From positions 128,001-192,000 of the forward strand of contig CAVRCF010000004.1 in NCBI GenBank assembly GCA_963719505.1: a stretch of 64,000 nucleotides of DNA. The letters are read 5' to 3'. Both the position numbers and the translations under genes were made by a program. Source of the stretch: Halobacteriovoraceae bacterium. GTDB taxonomy: Bacteria; Bdellovibrionota; Bacteriovoracia; Bacteriovoracales; Bacteriovoracaceae. The notes beneath the pieces are model-generated. The model saw only the letters and a list, made by a program, of their open reading frames with translations. It made no database searches and was not told the DNA's origin. Shown here in pieces: positions 60,627 to 64,000 of this stretch. How positions within the stretch are numbered: position 1 is the stretch's first letter; each line of letters opens with the position of its first letter.

Positions 60627-61416
60627 ACCAACTGATATTATAACTCATAAAGAAAGTGATAACATCACCGTTTAAATTATCAAAAGTATTCCCCGGCTCT
60701 TCCCCTGGATCAGGTGTAGGGTCTTCTTGAAAGTCGATAGTATTTTTGTCAAAGAAATTAACGACGTGGTACTTCACTTCAACGTTAAAGTAAGTTTTCT
60801 TTATCTCAATGGGAAACTCAAGTCCTACCCCAAAGCCCGTTCCAATACCACCACCAGACTCATCTGAAATATCATCGTTATCTAGGTAGATATTCGTTTG
60901 GTACCAATACTCTAAGCGTCCAACAAAGTAGGGGTTGGAGTAGGTAATGGCCGTTCCAAGATCTGCGGTATCAATATAGTAGCGAAAGCCAAAGAAGGGC
61001 CTAAGCATATTTGTTTCTATGGCCCCGATTTGCTCGTCAACTCCATTGACGAATCCATCGACGAAGTAAGTATGTTTTGAGTATTCAAAACCCATAACAA
61101 AAACATTTCTGAAGTCGATAAAATACATCAATGATAATGCAAATGAGGGATGATTATCTGTGTAGGCAACTCCTCGGTTTCCAGTGAAACTTGTGAAGCC
61201 AACACCGATATTGACCCCAAAAAAGCGGCTGTATCGATAGAATCTTTCATCTTCCATAACTTGAGAAGCTTCGAGATCTTCATTAAAGTCCGAAAAAATA
61301 TCACCACCGACATTGAAGTCATCCTCAATGAGTTCAGCGGGAGATTGGGCTAGTGCGCCAAAGCTGATAAGTGAAAGCATTATAATCTTAATAAAAATGT
61401 TCAAATTTTTGTCCAT
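60625..61416 (-). CDS. Outer-membrane beta-barrel-like protein
   Basis: Signal peptide, amphipathic strands, C-terminal aromatic (SYNISW). Confidence 0.65.
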   Translation of the reverse strand: MDKNLNIFIKIIMLSLISFGALAQSPAELIEDDFNVGGDIFSDFNEDLEASQVMEDERFYRYSRFFGVNIGVGFTSFTGNRGVAYTDNHPSFALSLMYFIDFRNVFVMGFEYSKHTYFVDGFVNGVDEQIGAIETNMLRPFFGFRYYIDTADLGTAITYSNPYFVGRLEYWYQTNIYLDNDDISDESGGGIGTGFGVGLEFPIEIKKTYFNVEVKYHVVNFFDKNTIDFQEDPTPDPGEEPGNTFDNLNGDVITFFMSYNISW

Positions 61417-61546
61417 CTAGGGTTGCTGTGCAATATGTTACTTTATTAAAATGCTATATGAGTCACGATCTTTTGACAACTTATAGATTTTCCGACTAAA
61501 ATTTGGAGTTAAAAATGAAACTTGTTCACTATAAAAAGGCTTTAAA

Positions 61547-62215
61547 ATGACTGATGAATCTCAATCACTCGATCAAACATTGGATCAAACACTAAATAAG
61601 ACTGACTTTGGTCATATGATTAATGAAAATAAAGTAGGAATTCTTATTGCCGGAGCTGTTTTAGTAGCTGCTATCATCGGTTTTTCCCTTTACTCAACAC
61701 AAAGTGAAAAGGCTTATCAAAAGTCTTTAAGCGAAGCCTACGTCTTTGAACAAGATGTTTTAAATGCTTTTAATCAAGATAAAATAAACGCCGATGAATT
61801 TATTAAAAAAATAAAAGAACTTCCCGCTAATGTTAAAGGGACAAACGCTATCGTGCCCGCACTTTTTGTCTCTTTAGATAAGCTAGTCAAAGATGGTAAG
61901 CAAAAAGAAGCAATTGAAATTCTAGAGAACTGGAAAGCAAATTATTCGTCAGGAACTTTTATGTCTTACTTTATGGGATTGAAGTTAGCTCCTCTGTACG
62001 AAGACAACCAAATGTATGATAAAGCCATCGATCTCCTTCAGTCGATGATTGCCTCTAAAGTAGAGGTGGTAAAGGCGAGACTTTACCTAAACTTAGGTCG
62101 AATCTATTTGAAAAAGGGTGACAAGAGCAAAGCTGAAGAAAATTTTAATTTTATTATCACCAACTACAAAGACTCAGAGTTTGCAAAAACAGCAACTCTT
62201 TACCTTGGTAAATAG
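61547..62215 (+). CDS. YfgM-like membrane-anchored TPR protein
   Basis: N-terminal TM helix, C-terminal TPR (LYLNLGRIYLKKGDKSKAEENF), upstream of bamB-like gene. Confidence 0.7.
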   Translation: MTDESQSLDQTLDQTLNKTDFGHMINENKVGILIAGAVLVAAIIGFSLYSTQSEKAYQKSLSEAYVFEQDVLNAFNQDKINADEFIKKIKELPANVKGTNAIVPALFVSLDKLVKDGKQKEAIEILENWKANYSSGTFMSYFMGLKLAPLYEDNQMYDKAIDLLQSMIASKVEVVKARLYLNLGRIYLKKGDKSKAEENFNFIITNYKDSEFAKTATLYLGK

Positions 62216-62222
62216 AGGCATT

Positions 62223-63353
62223 TTGAAAGTATTTTTATTTCTAATCATTTTAAACTTAGTTGCCTGTAGCACGATGGAAAAAGTGCAAGATAGCTTGTCA
62301 AAACTAGAGGCACCAAAGAGAGAGGTTAGTGCCTTTCGTATGGCCTGGAATAAAAATCTTGATCCTCCTTACAATACAGGTAATTTACCAATTGGAACTT
62401 CCTCTCCTTTTATTTACCAAGACCTCCTTTATATGGGAGATCTTACAGGAATGATGAGAGCTTATGATATTGAAACGGGTAAGGTTGTTTGGCAGATGCA
62501 AGAGACAGAAGCTCTTAATGCCAAAGCGTCTAATTTCAAAGACCACGTTATATATGGATCGATTAGCGGTAGACTCTACTCTCGACATTTTTTAACGGGA
62601 AAGCTTAAGTACGCTATTGACCTTGGAGCACCCATCGAGTCTGAGCCTGTTCTTTCAGATGGGCGCCTTTATATTCATTTGAGAAATCACAAAATAATGT
62701 CTTTAGACGCAGAGACTGGAAAGATCATTTGGGGATACAAAAGAAGTGTTCCTTATGTTACGACTCTTCACCGAAGTTCAAAAGTTCTTCCCCTGGGAAA
62801 CAAACTCATCGTAGGTTTTGCTGATGGAAATATCGTGGCCGTTTCTAAGCCTGAAGGTATTGTGGTTTGGGAGCAAAAAATTTCTGATGGTGTTAAGTTT
62901 GTCGATGTCGATGCCGCGCCATTATTCTTCAACGGTTATATCGTCGCTGGTAGCGCTAATGATAAGTTGAGATTCATTGATCCTTCCAATGGGATAATCA
63001 AAAGAACAATAAATGTGGTTATTGGTCATCAGCCTATCGTCTTCCAAGAAGACCTGATTGTTGGAACAATCTACGGCGAGATCTATAGAATTGATGGAGA
63101 AGGTAAAATTATCGCTAAAACGAAATTGTCTAATAACGGAATAAGCTCGATCGCGAAATGGAAGAATGGATTTGTTGTTGCTACGATGGGGACTGATCTT
63201 TTCTTCGTTGATCAATCGACGCTTCAACCAGTGGAAAACTTCAAGCTTGGTCATGATCAGTCAGCGATTTTTGGTTTCTTACAACAAAAGTCTGACTATC
63301 TGGCAACATACTCATCAAGAAATAGATTATATGTTTTTAAAAATATCAAGTAA
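62223..63353 (+). CDS. bamB: BamB-like PQQ-type beta-propeller lipoprotein
   Basis: TTG start with SD AGAGG, lipobox LVAC, repeated ETGKxxW blades, FVDVDAAP. Confidence 0.7.
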   Translation: MKVFLFLIILNLVACSTMEKVQDSLSKLEAPKREVSAFRMAWNKNLDPPYNTGNLPIGTSSPFIYQDLLYMGDLTGMMRAYDIETGKVVWQMQETEALNAKASNFKDHVIYGSISGRLYSRHFLTGKLKYAIDLGAPIESEPVLSDGRLYIHLRNHKIMSLDAETGKIIWGYKRSVPYVTTLHRSSKVLPLGNKLIVGFADGNIVAVSKPEGIVVWEQKISDGVKFVDVDAAPLFFNGYIVAGSANDKLRFIDPSNGIIKRTINVVIGHQPIVFQEDLIVGTIYGEIYRIDGEGKIIAKTKLSNNGISSIAKWKNGFVVATMGTDLFFVDQSTLQPVENFKLGHDQSAIFGFLQQKSDYLATYSSRNRLYVFKNIK

Positions 63354-63474
63354 AAACGGATGCTTAGGATAGTTTATGTGCGCTGCACTGTAAAATATAA
63401 TCACTGTCTTACATTTACTTCTCTGAAGACTTACTTTGTTGTAATGTCTTTGAAAACAATTACCAAGGACTCAT

Positions 63475-64000
63475 ATGAAAAATCTTAAAATGTCTCTTCT
63501 TTCAGGTTTACTGATCTCCAGTGCTGCAATGGCAGGGATGGGGAAATTTAGCGAAGAAATGTACGTGACGGGAACAAATAAAGATCTAGTAAAAATAATT
63601 GAAACGCATCCTGAACTAATTTTAGACCATATGGACTCAAATGGTTTTGAGCTTTATGGACCTAAAGGGACGAAGAAATGGTTAGACTCAATGGGTGTTG
63701 ATCATTCTGAGCTTTCTCTTCATGGCCATGGAGATAAGTCTCAAGATCTTTTTGCTGACTACCCAACTTTTCAACAGATCGAAACTTTCTTAAAGAAAAT
63801 GGCTACTGACTATCCATCGATCGCTAAGCTTGAATCTATTGGTAAATCAGTTCAGGGGAGAGATCTTTGGGTTTTAAAGATCTCAGACAATGTTTCTGTA
63901 GACGAAGTTGAGCCTGAGTTTAAATATATCTCAAGCATGCATGGAAATGAAATTACTGGAAGAGAGTTAACTCAATTTCTTATTAAAGATCTTCTAGAAG
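63475..64000 (+). CDS. M14 zinc carboxypeptidase (N/E-type), 3' truncated by window
   Basis: Translated by hand: signal peptide, then SIGKSVQGRDLWVLKISDN...EPEFKYISSMHGNEITGRE. Confidence 0.88.
   Translation, partial: MKNLKMSLLSGLLISSAAMAGMGKFSEEMYVTGTNKDLVKIIETHPELILDHMDSNGFELYGPKGTKKWLDSMGVDHSELSLHGHGDKSQDLFADYPTFQQIETFLKKMATDYPSIAKLESIGKSVQGRDLWVLKISDNVSVDEVEPEFKYISSMHGNEITGRELTQFLIKDLLE

Noticed and set aside
301-63372. Many short ORF-track entries antisense or out of frame within called genes
   Set aside because: Shadow ORFs of well-supported genes with no motifs or ribosome-binding sites
1-64000. rRNA, tRNA, CRISPR array or known riboswitch
   Set aside because: None recognised by eye; a covariance-model scan is needed to exclude short RNAs

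Overview
AT-rich bacterial chromosomal window. Gene content (monomeric IDH, many secreted hydrolases, tandem outer-membrane beta-barrels, sigma54 promoters) suggests a predatory Bdellovibrionota such as Bacteriovoracaceae/Halobacteriovoraceae; this taxonomy is an inference. Most genes are housekeeping or accessory enzymes (icd, uvrA, pyrC, cdd, priA, folE2, cysS, dksA-like, rib operon, rnc-era-der, yfgM/bamB-like). Three complete insertion sequences have visible ends and target duplications: IS481, a single-ORF IS66, and an IS1202-family element that disrupts azlD. The most notable signal is two paralogous ~112-nt non-coding elements (15871-15982 and 20138-20249, minus strand). Each starts exactly at the predicted +1 of a consensus sigma54 promoter and has self-complementary ends, a co-varying hairpin and an invariant C-rich anti-Shine-Dalgarno-like core, so they are a candidate multi-copy sigma54 sRNA family. 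Other points of interest: a catalytically dead Xer-like recombinase heading the riboflavin operon, a minimal PPDK-type phosphotransferase / Tyr-Pro-Gly-rich peptide / His-motif membrane protein operon, a ~105-aa acidic insertion in Der, an oomycete GP42-like transglutaminase homologue, and an rpsD with four frameshifts (artefact or decayed paralogue). No rRNA, tRNA or CRISPR array was recognised. All assignments come from reading motifs by eye, with no database searches.
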